A model generated the notes under the pieces. The model saw only the letters and a list, made by a program, of their open reading frames with translations. It had not been told where the DNA came from and did not search any database. This document shows, one piece after another, positions 20,202 to 29,625 of a DNA stretch of 64,000 bases. Source of the DNA: an uncultured cyanobacterium (GTDB lineage Bacteria; Cyanobacteriota; Cyanobacteriia; Phormidesmidales; Phormidesmidaceae); NCBI GenBank assembly GCA_963793265.1, contig CAWBZI010000003.1:64069-128068 (forward strand), in the 5' to 3' direction. The position numbers and the translations under genes are program-made. The number at the start of each line of letters is the position of its first letter. Positions within the stretch are counted from its first letter, which is position 1.

Positions 20202-21527
20202 TCATGGGCGAGCACCGACGCTCAACAGCTCATTACCTGCCGCATCAGCCGCCAACAAATCAGCCGCCAACAAATCAGCCGGTTCATCCTCTGGCAATAC
20301 ATCAGGCACCATGAGCTGATAAAGCTTTTTTGCTTCGTGGTGAATGTTGAAGTCTTGACTGACTTTTTGCCGTCCGAGATCGCCCAACCGCCGCCTCAGC
20401 TCACCATCACTCAAAAGCTGCCCAATCCGATCCGTCAGCGCGTCCACATCGCTCGGCGGCACCAGATAGCCATTCACGCCATCTTCTACCAGCTCACTGA
20501 CGCCCGCAATCTGAGTGGCCACCACTGGCAATCCCGTCATCATCGCCTCCATCAGCACCACTGGCACCCCTTCAGCAAAGCTCGACATCACAAAAACATC
20601 AGCAGATTGAAGATACTGACGCACGGCTGCGGGTGACTGATAGCCGACAAAATCGACGCGATCGCTCAGTCCCAGCGACCCTGCCCTATCTTCTAACTCC
20701 GCTCGATCAACCCCATCTCCCACCACCGTTAGCCGCACGTCTTCATGCCTCAGCCTCAGCGCCGCCATGCTCTGCAACAAAATCGGCAAACCCTTAGCCG
20801 CCGCCAAACGGCCTACATACACTAGGCGCGAGCCGCTAGAACGCGCGAGCCGAGGGGACTCAAACTGCTTCGGGTCAACGCCGCAGTGAACAATATGCAG
20901 GTTCTCCCAGGTATGCCAGGGGGCGAAAATCATGGTTTGGCTGCGGCAAAAGTAGCTGATGCAGCTTACGAATTTGGCGCGGCTAATTTTTTCATCAAGT
21001 CGCCAGCGGTAAGGCTCGAAGAAGATGCCGGGGCCATGGAGGGTGAAGCTGTAGTCGAAGCTGCCAAGCGCTGAGGCCAGCATGGCAACCGTGCAGCTAG
21101 AGTCACCGAAATGGTTGTGTAAGTGGGTGATGCCCTGCTGCTGTAGTCGGTGGGCGAGTAAACCGGCTTCTAAAAAATAGATGAGCTGGTAGAGGGTGCC
21201 TCGCAGGCCAAGCTGTCGGGTGCCCCAGGCCAGAGCGATCGCCTGAAGATAGCGTTTAGGCGCAGCGCTGAGCAGCAGCCAGTGAGCCAGCAGCAGCTCG
21301 AATGGATTGACGGGCAGTAGATAGCTGGTGTGATCGCACTCTTTCTGTTGGTCTTCGCTGAGCGTGCCCGTGGCTTTAGGCGATCGCACCGAAAACGTAT
21401 GCACGGTCGTGCCATCGACCTTGCCGTGCTGCCGCAACGCGGCAATTTCCCTCTGGATAAAAGTATCGGTCACCCGAGGATATTCACCGGTCAGGTAGGC
21501 GATACGCATGAGATGTTTCATAGTCAT
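20202..21527 (-). CDS. Glycosyltransferase family 4
   Basis: TDTFIQREI, HLHNHF, SFAEGVPVVLMEAM. Confidence 0.92.
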   Translation of the reverse strand: MTMKHLMRIAYLTGEYPRVTDTFIQREIAALRQHGKVDGTTVHTFSVRSPKATGTLSEDQQKECDHTSYLLPVNPFELLLAHWLLLSAAPKRYLQAIALAWGTRQLGLRGTLYQLIYFLEAGLLAHRLQQQGITHLHNHFGDSSCTVAMLASALGSFDYSFTLHGPGIFFEPYRWRLDEKISRAKFVSCISYFCRSQTMIFAPWHTWENLHIVHCGVDPKQFESPRLARSSGSRLVYVGRLAAAKGLPILLQSMAALRLRHEDVRLTVVGDGVDRAELEDRAGSLGLSDRVDFVGYQSPAAVRQYLQSADVFVMSSFAEGVPVVLMEAMMTGLPVVATQIAGVSELVEDGVNGYLVPPSDVDALTDRIGQLLSDGELRRRLGDLGRQKVSQDFNIHHEAKKLYQLMVPDVLPEDEPADLLAADLLAADAAGNELLSVGARP

Positions 21528-22660
21528 CGGCCTGCCTGAACGGGAATGCCTACCACCAGGGCGCTAACGCCCACCAAATCCTGGTTGCTACAGCTTCGGC
21601 TAAAGGCTGCTTCCATGTCGTATTGGGGTGTCCAGCCCAGCAATGCTTTGGCTTTGTGATTGTTGTACTTGAGCGGCTTAAACCGGCCCTGTAGCTTAGC
21701 GGGCACCAAAATGCCGGGTAGCTTGGCTTTGCCGCCGAGGAAGGTTTGGCTGTACCACCAGGCCAGATTGGCGATTGAGCGCATCATAAACCAGCTCACC
21801 GGAATCAGCTTGGGGGGCTCTGGCGTATAGGCGAGGAGCTGCTTTAGGTAGGCTTTTTGGGTGGGCAGATGGTCGTCTACGAGGTTGATGGTTTGGCCAA
21901 TCGCGGCAGGTGCGTTTAGGGCAAGGGCGATCGCCTCCGCGCAGTTTTCAACGTAGGCCATTGGTAGCGTGGCTCTACCGCCGATTTTTAACATGCGATT
22001 TGCGCCGACCTCTGCACCAATCAGCGCGTGCCACAAATTATCACGACCGTAAATCATCCCAGGCCGCAAAATCGTCACATCGCCTTCAAAAGCGCGATAC
22101 AGCTTTTCTTGAATCAGCTTAGTCTGAGCGTACTCGTCACGGTTCTTAGGATTGCTTTCAATCGGCGCGCCTTCATCCAGCAGACGGTTGGGCTTCATGC
22201 CTAAAAAGTCGTACACAGAGAAAGTGCTGATTGCCACAAGCTGCCGAACGCTCGCTTGATTCATGGCCCACAGCAAATTTTCGGTCGCCATCACCGTACC
22301 GGCAAACTGATCGTAAAAATCGCCTGACTTTACCGCGGCCAGGTGAATAACCGCATCGGCAGCAGCGACAGCCTCCACCAGTCCTCGCCTTTGGCGTAAG
22401 TCCTGGCGCACAAAGGTTACCTGAGGATGGTCGTACCAGCTCAGGCCGGTTACGTTCGTTTTGGCACGCACGTTGGCAAGCACCTCATGGCCTGCTCGCA
22501 GCACCGCCGCGACAACATACTGGCCGACAAAACCAGCAGCGCCGGTAATAAAGACTTTCTTAGAGGGGTTAGCGTTCATCTGTTTAGCAGCGTTCTGGTT
22601 AATGGCTTTTTGAAGGTTCTTTTGAGAAGCGTTCTGGAGGGCTTTAAGCGTGAACGTCAT
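21524..22660 (-). CDS. NAD-dependent epimerase/dehydratase
   Basis: ITGAAGFVG, HLAA, YAQTK, LRPGMIYG. Confidence 0.9.
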   Translation of the reverse strand: MTFTLKALQNASQKNLQKAINQNAAKQMNANPSKKVFITGAAGFVGQYVVAAVLRAGHEVLANVRAKTNVTGLSWYDHPQVTFVRQDLRQRRGLVEAVAAADAVIHLAAVKSGDFYDQFAGTVMATENLLWAMNQASVRQLVAISTFSVYDFLGMKPNRLLDEGAPIESNPKNRDEYAQTKLIQEKLYRAFEGDVTILRPGMIYGRDNLWHALIGAEVGANRMLKIGGRATLPMAYVENCAEAIALALNAPAAIGQTINLVDDHLPTQKAYLKQLLAYTPEPPKLIPVSWFMMRSIANLAWWYSQTFLGGKAKLPGILVPAKLQGRFKPLKYNNHKAKALLGWTPQYDMEAAFSRSCSNQDLVGVSALVVGIPVQAGR

Positions 22661-23742
22661 AGTCTGTTTTCTGAGGCCAGTAGGGCTTCAACCAGACGGC
22701 TCGTGCGGGCCATATCATCAAATCCAATCGGGGGAGCGCTATTGTTGCTTAGCGCTTCGTAGGTTTCACCGAGCAAATAGTGCAGACCGTCGTAGGCGTT
22801 GCGCTGCATGATTTTGCTACGGAAGTTGCGAACGCTGGCACTCATCAGCTCCCAGCCGCTAACAAAGTGATTGACTAAAGGTGAAAGCTGTTTGCCAACG
22901 CTGCGGGGGACGACACAGCGCAGGTAAGGCTGGAACAGATCGGTTTCGGCATAGCCGCGATCGCCCCGTACCGTGATTGAAAAGCAGTCAGGGGCGGTAT
23001 AGCTGCTAAAGCGAATGCGACCGTGCGTAGAGCCTGCTACGACCAAAGCATCGAGATCGTCATACTTAAACAAATCGCCGCCGCCGTGGTTACTCCAAGC
23101 GGCTGATACGCGATCAAAGCCCTCTGCCTTATTGGCTCCTCTGTCTGAGTGGGGCATAAATGAAAGTAACAGGTAGCTCAGGTGTGTGATGAAGTCGTGA
23201 ATCACCCCGGCAGGCATCTTGTGAATGGGGTTCGGCATGTTCTCATCGGCGTATCGTCCGCCGCTGCGCAAATCTAACGCCATGCGAATTTCGACTTCTT
23301 GCACGGTGCCGAGGGTGCCGTCATCAATCAAAGCCTGAATAGCGCGAACCGGGGCGTTGAAGCGATAGTTGTGGTCTTCGATGAGGAAGCGATCGCACTC
23401 CCGAGAAATCTGCCACAGGTCTTTAAATTCGCGGTAGGTGGGCGCAACTGGCTTTTCACAAATGACATGTGCCCCGGCTCGCAAACAGTCAGTCGCGATC
23501 GTCATGTGCGTTTGAGGCGGGGTGAGAATATGAACCACGTCGGGCTTTTCAGCCGAGAGCATTTGCTGATAGTTGGTGTAGGCAGCAGCAGCCTGAAACG
23601 TTTCTACGGCATAGTCCGCAGCAGCAGGCGACAGGTCGCAGACGCCAACGATATGAGTGCGATCGCTCTCTTGCAAAAAAGAAAGATGCTGCTTGGAAAT
23701 CACTCCGGTGCCGATAACGGCGGATTTGAGCGCTGCTGTCAT
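22657..23742 (-). CDS. Gfo/Idh/MocA family oxidoreductase
   Basis: IGTGVIS, LTPPQTH, ICEKP; likely start at ATG 23742. Confidence 0.85.
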   Translation of the reverse strand: MTAALKSAVIGTGVISKQHLSFLQESDRTHIVGVCDLSPAAADYAVETFQAAAAYTNYQQMLSAEKPDVVHILTPPQTHMTIATDCLRAGAHVICEKPVAPTYREFKDLWQISRECDRFLIEDHNYRFNAPVRAIQALIDDGTLGTVQEVEIRMALDLRSGGRYADENMPNPIHKMPAGVIHDFITHLSYLLLSFMPHSDRGANKAEGFDRVSAAWSNHGGGDLFKYDDLDALVVAGSTHGRIRFSSYTAPDCFSITVRGDRGYAETDLFQPYLRCVVPRSVGKQLSPLVNHFVSGWELMSASVRNFRSKIMQRNAYDGLHYLLGETYEALSNNSAPPIGFDDMARTSRLVEALLASENRL

Positions 23743-24075
23743 AGGTAGAACTGCCTTTGAGCACATGGGTAGCGTTAGGCGCGATATAAAGTAACTCTTC
23801 TTTCGCCCATACACAACAAAAGAAGGAGGGACGAAAAAAATAGTTCCGCGCTTTGCAGATCTTTCATGCGGGTCTTGCAACTGTGAACCAATGTTTTTGA
23901 AGGATCTGTGAGGGCTTTGTGTTGGTTTAAAGCGATCGCGTAAATTCTGCCAGGATGTTCGGAACTTTCGTCAAATCGCTAACTTCTGTTCTATGAGAGG
24001 CTAGAAATAGCGAGGCTTTGAAACGATAGGGCCAAGATCGGTAAAGCTTGCAGTTAGTAAGAGTAATAGGGCGGC

Positions 24076-25791
24076 ATGAAACTTGAAAAGGCACGGCTGC
24101 TAATTGTGCTAGAGCGCGGGGACTATCGAACACATCTAAACCAACTGTTAGAGCAGGCGTTCGACCAGGCGGTCACGAAGGTGTTCGGCCATATCGACTC
24201 AGACCAGCCGGAGATTGGGCTTGCCCCTAGCGATCAGCCCATCCGCACAGAACTGCCTAGAACACTGCCTATCTTGCAGCCTGAGGAGCCCAGTACTACT
24301 GGGGCTGATGCTGAGTTAGGCGCAATCGACTTGTACGTATTGGAAGCGGCAAACTACTGGCGATCACATCTCCAAGAAGTTGCCATTTTCTCCATTCATT
24401 CAGTCGAACCCTATAGCAAAGTTTCGGCCACTGGCGTCCGACTTATGGGCGGCGGATTGCAGCCTGCGGCCAGCGCAGACACTGCAAACGAAACAGAAAG
24501 AGAGCGTAAGATCGTGCGCCTGATCGCTGACTATTGCCCAACGCACCTCGTTATCTGTACGCCTTCTGGAGCCGTTTTGGGCTGGGCTAATCGTAATCAA
24601 ATTCCTAGCGTCGTGCTGCTTCGCGACTGGCAGGAGCCCTTGGGATGGAAACAGCGCTGGTGGCACAGAACCCTAATCAATCATCTCAATCATGACAGCG
24701 TAGCCTGGGTGGGAAGCCATGGCGCGTACGCCTGCAAAATTCTTGAGGCCAGTGGCATTAGCGATCGCAAGCTGATCCCTTGGGGATGGCCTCAACCTGA
24801 GCTATTCGAGCAGCATTCTGCTAAGCCACTTCGATATCGCCGCGATCGCACCGAGCTGGTTTACGTCGGCGCTATGAACGCAAGTGCGGGCGTCAGCGAT
24901 CTGCTACAGGCTGTGGGCCATCTACAGCAAAAGGGACATGCTGTTCACCTATCGCTCATCTGCCAAACCTTTCAAAAGAAACAGCCATCTGACCAGTGGC
25001 CTAGCCGTAGGCCAGTTAAACCAAAAGACAAAGCAGACGAGATCTTAGGACAGCCATCTTCACTGGTATCTTCGCTGGCAACCGCTTCACTACCCAATAA
25101 AATTCAGGCCAGTCATCCCGACGACATCTTAGGCAAGCCCATTGAAGCAAATCAAGCCCCTCAGCATCAAGAACTCATCCAGCTAGACACCCAGCTAGGG
25201 AAGAACTTAGCGCAGTTGCGAAAGCAGATTGAGCAGCTAAACCTCAGCGAATGCATCACGGTTGTACCCGCGCTTTCTGAGTCGGCGCTAATCGCTAAAA
25301 TTAGAGCCGCCGACCTGATTGTCATTCCCAACGTTGATCGCGACTGGCCCACCACCACGCCACCTAGCCTGCATTTGGCCATGGCCGCGCGTACGCCTGT
25401 AATCGCTGCCGATTGTCCTCACTTCAGCCAGCATCTTCTACACGGCGTTAATGCCATGATTTTTCCGGTGGGCAATGCCAAATCAATGGCGCATCGCATT
25501 GAGCGGGTGATGGGTCAGCCTCAGCTTTACAAGCAGCTTTCGGAGGCGTTGGAAGTTACCGTATCGACCCTTAACGTACCGGCTCAGTGGGCCGAGCTAA
25601 TCGACTATTGGCTCAACTCAGCAGCAGATATGCCAGCGGGCGCAGATAACCATCAGCGGCTCTGCAACTGGGCCTTTTCATCAGGCCGCTATCAAACATC
25701 GGCTTGCGGCCTAACCATTCCACCAACCGTTCCCTCAGCAAAGAGACGCTTCGCCCAAAGAAGCGCACAGAGAAACTTTGTGACGCGCTAG
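24076..25791 (+). CDS. Atypical GT-B (GT4-like) glycosyltransferase with insertions
   Basis: LVYVG..GV.DLLQA, ADLIVIP, AMAARTPVIA, HGVNAMIF. Confidence 0.7.
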   Translation: MKLEKARLLIVLERGDYRTHLNQLLEQAFDQAVTKVFGHIDSDQPEIGLAPSDQPIRTELPRTLPILQPEEPSTTGADAELGAIDLYVLEAANYWRSHLQEVAIFSIHSVEPYSKVSATGVRLMGGGLQPAASADTANETERERKIVRLIADYCPTHLVICTPSGAVLGWANRNQIPSVVLLRDWQEPLGWKQRWWHRTLINHLNHDSVAWVGSHGAYACKILEASGISDRKLIPWGWPQPELFEQHSAKPLRYRRDRTELVYVGAMNASAGVSDLLQAVGHLQQKGHAVHLSLICQTFQKKQPSDQWPSRRPVKPKDKADEILGQPSSLVSSLATASLPNKIQASHPDDILGKPIEANQAPQHQELIQLDTQLGKNLAQLRKQIEQLNLSECITVVPALSESALIAKIRAADLIVIPNVDRDWPTTTPPSLHLAMAARTPVIAADCPHFSQHLLHGVNAMIFPVGNAKSMAHRIERVMGQPQLYKQLSEALEVTVSTLNVPAQWAELIDYWLNSAADMPAGADNHQRLCNWAFSSGRYQTSACGLTIPPTVPSAKRRFAQRSAQRNFVTR

Positions 25792-25830
25792 GTCGTCTTT
25801 TTAAACCTCCTGAAAATCAGCCGCACTCCC

Positions 25831-27219
25831 TTGTCGAATAGTATTGGTTCAAACTCACAGGCGGCACCGCCTGCTACCAGTTCTCAAACCAGAATAGCCT
25901 TGTTTGAAAAGGGCTACAGCATTGTCTGCTGGCTATTTTTTTGTAACGGCATTAATACCGTCCTCAACGAAAACGAGCTGATTCTGAAGCTGTTGAGGTA
26001 CGGCATTTTACTCGTGGCCCTGCTGCTGCTAAGTGCTCGGTGGAAGACAACGCTGCGGGCGATCGCAAAAGGTGGAATGCTCTGGGCCATTGTGGGCCTT
26101 ATGATTCTGTCTTTGGGCTGGAGCATTTCGCCTGGCTACACCATGGACAGCATTCGCGGCGAGGTGCTGCCGATGACGGCCTTCGCGCTCTACTTTGCCT
26201 CTCGGTTCAACATTCGAGAGCAAATGCAGATGGTTGCAATCACGCTGGGCATTGGCGCGGCGCTCTCTTTGTTTTATGCCGTTGCGATTCCTTCGATAGG
26301 CAAGCACGTTGGCGATGAGTTCGATGGCGCTTGGAAAGGTATCTACGCGCAAAAGAACAACTTTTCGACCACAATGACGCTGACGATGCTGGTCTTTTTT
26401 GTGCTCAGCCTTGTCAATCAAGACCGTAAGGAAAAGCTGCTCGCTAGGCTTGGCTTGGGCTTTTCAGTGGCCTTAATTTTGCTCTCTACCTCTAAGTCGG
26501 GGCTGATTGTTTTTATCACCATGCTGCTGGTTGTCGCCATCTCTCGCCAGTTTCACTGGCAGGGTCGGCGCAGCGTGCTCGTTTTGGACTTAGGCGGCTT
26601 AAGCTTTTTAGGACTGTGCTCCGTTTTATCGGTGACCTGGCAAACCATTGTCATCGCACTTGGCAAAGACCCTACATTATCGGCGCGTACCTACATTTGG
26701 ACGGGCTCGCTTGAGAAAATTATGGCTGAGCCGCTGCTGGGCTATGGCCGGGCGGCGTTTTGGGTGCCCGATAGCATCCCGGCTTGGGAGGTGGGCGCTT
26801 TGGCCTCAAAAGGATTTGTGCCTGCTCACGCCCATAACGGCTTTATGGATATGGCCCTAGAGATTGGCCTGTTGGGGCTAGGCATATTCGTCCTTAGCTT
26901 AATTCCCACCTACGGCCTAGCGTTGAGACGCGCCTACCAATCTCGCGAACCTGAAGACTTGTGGCCTTTCACCTTTCTCACGCTGATGGTGATTAGCAAC
27001 ATGACTGAAACAGTTTTAATCACGCGCACGTCTCCCTACTGGGTGATGTATATGGTGGTGTTTTTATCTTTGCGCATTTGGCCCAAGCGAACCCTTCGCG
27101 AGGTGCCTGTAGAGATAGCGCCTAGTCTTGAGAGTCAAAGAACTAGGTTAAGAGCACCAATTCCAGAAAGCAGACCTGAAACCAGACCCGAAATCCTAGC
27201 GCTACCGATGAAAAGATGA
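25831..27219 (+). CDS. O-antigen ligase / Wzy-like polymerase
   Basis: Multi-TM; WKGIYAQKN, TLSARTYIW, PLLGYG, HAHNGF. Confidence 0.88.
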   Translation: MSNSIGSNSQAAPPATSSQTRIALFEKGYSIVCWLFFCNGINTVLNENELILKLLRYGILLVALLLLSARWKTTLRAIAKGGMLWAIVGLMILSLGWSISPGYTMDSIRGEVLPMTAFALYFASRFNIREQMQMVAITLGIGAALSLFYAVAIPSIGKHVGDEFDGAWKGIYAQKNNFSTTMTLTMLVFFVLSLVNQDRKEKLLARLGLGFSVALILLSTSKSGLIVFITMLLVVAISRQFHWQGRRSVLVLDLGGLSFLGLCSVLSVTWQTIVIALGKDPTLSARTYIWTGSLEKIMAEPLLGYGRAAFWVPDSIPAWEVGALASKGFVPAHAHNGFMDMALEIGLLGLGIFVLSLIPTYGLALRRAYQSREPEDLWPFTFLTLMVISNMTETVLITRTSPYWVMYMVVFLSLRIWPKRTLREVPVEIAPSLESQRTRLRAPIPESRPETRPEILALPMKR

Positions 27220-28214
27220 TGAAACGTTTGGGTGTTGTTGCAATTGGTCGAAATGAGGGCGATCGCCTAATCCGCTGCCTGGATTCTTTAAACCAGCATT
27301 TGCCTGCTGAGGTGCCTATCGTCTATGTAGATTCTGGCTCCACCGACAATAGCGTAGCTGCTGCCAAAGCCAGAGGCGTTAGCGTTGTCGCGTTAGACAT
27401 GTCGATTCCGTTCACGGGTGCACGCGCGCGCAATGAGGGGTTCAGCTATTTGATGAACCATCACCCGCACACCCAATACGTTCAGTTTATTGATGGCGAC
27501 TGCGAGCTGTTGCCTAGTTGGATGAGCGCTGCGACTCAAGCACTGGATGCATCGCCTGAATTAGCCGTTGTCTTTGGCCGGTTGCATGAGCGCTTTCCTG
27601 ACGCTTCACCTTATAACCAGCTTGCTGATATTGAGTGGGACGTGCCGGTAGGAGAGGCGATCGCCTGCGGTGGCATTTCGCTCATGCGAACAGCACCCTT
27701 AAAAGCGGTGGGTGGCTTCAACGAAAAAATGATCTGCGGCGAAGAGCCTGAGCTATGTATTCGCTTGCGCCAGCAGGGTTGGAAGCTGCGGCGCATCGAT
27801 ACCGATATGGCAATTCACGATATGGACATGCACCGCTTTGGCCAGTGGTGGAAGCGTTCGGTGCGGGGCGGTTGGGCGGTGGCTGAAGGGGCGGCGATGT
27901 ATGGCGATACTGAGGAGCAGTATATGAAGAAGCAAAGTGTTAGCGGGTGGATTTGGGGGGCGCTGCTGCCGGTTGGGGCGATCGCATTTGCTACCGTCAC
28001 CCACGGTTTAACCCTGGCCTTTTTCCTGGCCTACGCCCTACTGCTGTTCAAAATTTATAAATACCGGCATCAGCTTGGCGAAGGTCATAAAAAGTCTTTG
28101 CTATACGCCTTCTTTTGCACCATCTCCAAAATTCCACAGGCAATCGGGCAGGGAAAGTATTGGATTAATCGCTGGCAGCAAAAGCCTGCAACGTTGATTG
28201 AGTATAAGGGTTAA
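27216..28214 (+). CDS. Glycosyltransferase family 2
   Basis: IGRNEG, VDSGSTD, FIDGDC, GEEPEL. Confidence 0.92.
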   Translation: MMKRLGVVAIGRNEGDRLIRCLDSLNQHLPAEVPIVYVDSGSTDNSVAAAKARGVSVVALDMSIPFTGARARNEGFSYLMNHHPHTQYVQFIDGDCELLPSWMSAATQALDASPELAVVFGRLHERFPDASPYNQLADIEWDVPVGEAIACGGISLMRTAPLKAVGGFNEKMICGEEPELCIRLRQQGWKLRRIDTDMAIHDMDMHRFGQWWKRSVRGGWAVAEGAAMYGDTEEQYMKKQSVSGWIWGALLPVGAIAFATVTHGLTLAFFLAYALLLFKIYKYRHQLGEGHKKSLLYAFFCTISKIPQAIGQGKYWINRWQQKPATLIEYKG

Positions 28215-28218
28215 CAAC

Positions 28219-29243
28219 AGAGCTGTTGCGAAATAACAGAGAATGTAGGGCAATGCTTTCCTTCCTTCCGCTTCAGTTTATGCAGCCGCTAGGTAGAAGT
28301 TCCATAGCCCTGCTGCGGTGAGCATCAACCGGTCATCGAAGTTCTCTTTGCGGTTACGGTAGATATCCGCTGCCGCTCGGTATCGCTTGGTACCCCCGAA
28401 GGCATGTTCGACTACGATCCGTTCTCCACTAAACGCTCGGTTCTCTTCTTTCTGCTTTGCGGTTAACTCACCGCCTCTCGGTTTCTTATGCGGAATTTCT
28501 ATATTCTCGTACTCTCTTTCCAATCCTTTGAACCCCAAGTCCACTTGAATCGGAATATCGACCGGAATATGTTCGGCTAGGACTAAGCCATCGAGCATCG
28601 ACTTATCGTGATGGCTCCCGTCTTTGACAGGACTTAGCAGCAGAATACGCTTATCTTGGTCGCTCAATCCTAGATGCTTACGCGTGTTTCGCTTCTTTTT
28701 TCCGGTGTAGGTAAGCTTCTGACGCGTAGAGTCTTGCGGACGTTGGATAGGACGCTCTACCCCGTCGAGAATGACCCGCTCTGTCTCTGGGAAGCAGGCT
28801 ATGAACTCGGCTAGAGAGCGCAGTTGACGCTTGGGCAGCATCATCTGGCGACCTAAGGCAGCTTCGAGCACCGGTTGCAGACGATGCAGCCAGCGATTAG
28901 CTTGTGACCGATTGAAGTCGAATAAAAGACCCGCCAAGTCGAAGGTGGGATAGCACTTGAAGTAGAACAGCACGAAAAACAGCTTGTCTTCTATCTCTAG
29001 TAGGTTGGACTTGCGACCCGCACCGGGTTTACGTTGGCGGGTAGGCGACGCTGGGTGAGCGGCTTGGTAAGCTGCATCGAAACTCGGTAGCAGTTGGTCG
29101 AAGGTTGCTAAGTTCATCCCCGTGAGCGAGCGCATCAGGCGGTCATCTTTGAACACACGGTTAAGATTCAGCATCGAAGGGGAGGGGGCTAACGAAGTTG
29201 CAAGCGTCACAGCTATTTTAGCAGCCTATTTCGCAACAGCTCT
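28219..29243 (-). mobile_element. Insertion sequence, IS5-family-like (DDE_Tnp_4 type), 1025 bp
   Basis: Perfect 17-bp terminal inverted repeats AGAGCTGTTGCGAAATA (28219-28235, 29227-29243) and AAC duplicated on both sides. Confidence 0.92.
28278..29210 (-). CDS. DDE transposase with N-terminal HTH
   Basis: ILDGVERPIQRP, YTGKKKRNT, HDK, VDLGFKG, RIVVEHAFG. Confidence 0.93.
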   Translation of the reverse strand: MTLATSLAPSPSMLNLNRVFKDDRLMRSLTGMNLATFDQLLPSFDAAYQAAHPASPTRQRKPGAGRKSNLLEIEDKLFFVLFYFKCYPTFDLAGLLFDFNRSQANRWLHRLQPVLEAALGRQMMLPKRQLRSLAEFIACFPETERVILDGVERPIQRPQDSTRQKLTYTGKKKRNTRKHLGLSDQDKRILLLSPVKDGSHHDKSMLDGLVLAEHIPVDIPIQVDLGFKGLEREYENIEIPHKKPRGGELTAKQKEENRAFSGERIVVEHAFGGTKRYRAAADIYRNRKENFDDRLMLTAAGLWNFYLAAA

Positions 29244-29254
29244 AACATACGCTT

Positions 29255-29623
29255 CAAAAATTGTGCCGTTTCCTAAACGCCCAAACATTCTGATTCAAAG
29301 CGACCGATTATGTAGGGTTCTGCCAAATCACCCCATCGATATTCAGACACCAACGCCGAGCCACTTACCTCAGCACCTGGTTCGCCCATCAAACTCCGTA
29401 CCTCTGCCAGCGTCATACCCGCCTTCATCTGCTCAAAACCTAGCGCTAGTGACGCGCTGCGTTCTACGTAGCGCACTTGTTCAGAACCCGTCGATCCAGA
29501 AGGCTGTGGCGAAAGGTTCAATGTAAATCCTGTTACCAGCAGTGTAGCGATGGACGCGGTGATTATCCCAAGAGGCGATCACACCCAACCCATCACCGAC
29601 ATCTTTTGAACTGTATTTTTCAT
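29255..29623 (-). pseudogene. Disrupted small secreted/membrane protein (SmpA/BLIP/DUF3862-like)
   Basis: MKNTVQKMSVMGWV*SPLGIITASIATLLV...MKAGMTLAEVRSLMGEPG...EYRW; in-frame TGA at 29579-29581 and a possible extra base near 29280. Confidence 0.55.
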
Positions 29624-29625
29624 AG

